DNA of 64,000 nt from contig OZ038378.1 in the NCBI GenBank assembly GCA_964036045.1, forward strand, positions 25,606,001 to 25,670,000, written 5' to 3'. The notes under the pieces were generated by a model, which made no database searches, was not told the DNA's origin, and saw only the letters and a list, made by a program, of their open reading frames with translations. This document shows positions 63,359-64,000 of the stretch, piece after piece (within the stretch, counting starts at the first letter, position 1; the number at the start of each line of letters is the position of its first letter). Origin of the DNA: Eutreptiella sp. 'Long Island Sound 2002' (taxonomy: Eukaryota > Protista > Euglenida). The translations under genes and the position numbers were made by a program.

Positions 63359-64000
63359 GTATCGAGGGAGTAATAGAGCGGAGCCAGCGGAGCTACACCA
63401 AGCCCTGCGCACCCACCTCAGGGAGCACCATGGGGACAAGGCCCTCCTGGCGCCCCACGGCCGGGCGACCGACCCCCCGCGAGTGTTGGCCCCTGAGACT
63501 CGCCCAGGCGTCTGGTTCCATGACCTGCCTGCGCTGGCGACCCTCCGAGGCAGTGTCGTGGCGGTGGATGCAGGGGCCACGCAGGCGGGTATGGCCATGG
63601 CCGGGGTCGTCCAGAGCGGGCCTGGGGAGTACCAGGCCCAGGTGGCCTCAGGAGTGGGCACCTCCCAGGAGGGGGAGGCGATGGCCCTCCTCTCGTATGC
63701 CCGCCGGCTGGCGACACAGCAGGGGGTTTACTGGCTGGTGCCGGACTCGGAGGCAGCAGTGGGGGCCCTCCGCACGTACCAGGAAGGAGGGCACTGCGGA
63801 GATGGCATCCACCACCTCTACGCCACTGTCCTGGGGGGGCACCGCCTCTCCCCGAGGTCTGCCATCAATGTGGTGACCACACCGTCGCACTGGATCACGG
63901 ACCTCAACGTCCGTGTGGACGCAGCGACGCGAGAGCCGCCGGAGGTAGACCTCACGTGGCTCCTCAGGCGCCCCTACTCATTTATCCCCCCAGTGCCCTT
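63359..64000 (+). mobile_element. Non-LTR retrotransposon copy D (5'-truncated, runs off the window), RNase H region
   Basis: WFHDLPALATLRGSVVAVDAG...GTSQEGEA...LVPDSEAAVG...VVTTPSHWITDLNVRVD. Confidence 0.9.

Overview
This is repeat-dominated eukaryotic nuclear DNA, most likely from a euglenid. That inference rests on a near-exact Euglena-type spliced-leader exon at 4563-4588 (minus), TTAGGG tracts and a canonical GT-AG intron. Only two host genes are well supported: an intronless RuBisCO-LSMT-like SET-domain methyltransferase (1131-2654, minus) and a two-exon SAM-domain/bestrophin-like membrane protein (24280-26688, minus). From 3 to 40 kb the window is a mosaic of decayed elements. These include three non-autonomous DNA transposons with TIRs and 8-bp TSDs, a Harbinger-like transposase scrap, tRNA-like heads, and a dead Ty3/Gypsy pol that carries a Dam-like N6-adenine methyltransferase domain between protease and RT. 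From 41.8 to 53.7 kb is a GC-rich 91-bp satellite with layered higher-order repeats; its many ORFs are artefacts. From 53.7 kb to the end is a head-to-tail array of four 5'-truncated, mutually diverged non-LTR retrotransposon copies (RT, long linker, RNase H, CCHC finger), with every junction marked by a (CACAC)n tract, suggesting targeting of that microsatellite or of the element's own tail. Substitutions in satellite and retroelements cluster at CAG/CTG, suggesting CHG-type cytosine methylation. All protein calls come from motifs read by eye; no database search or folding computation was run.
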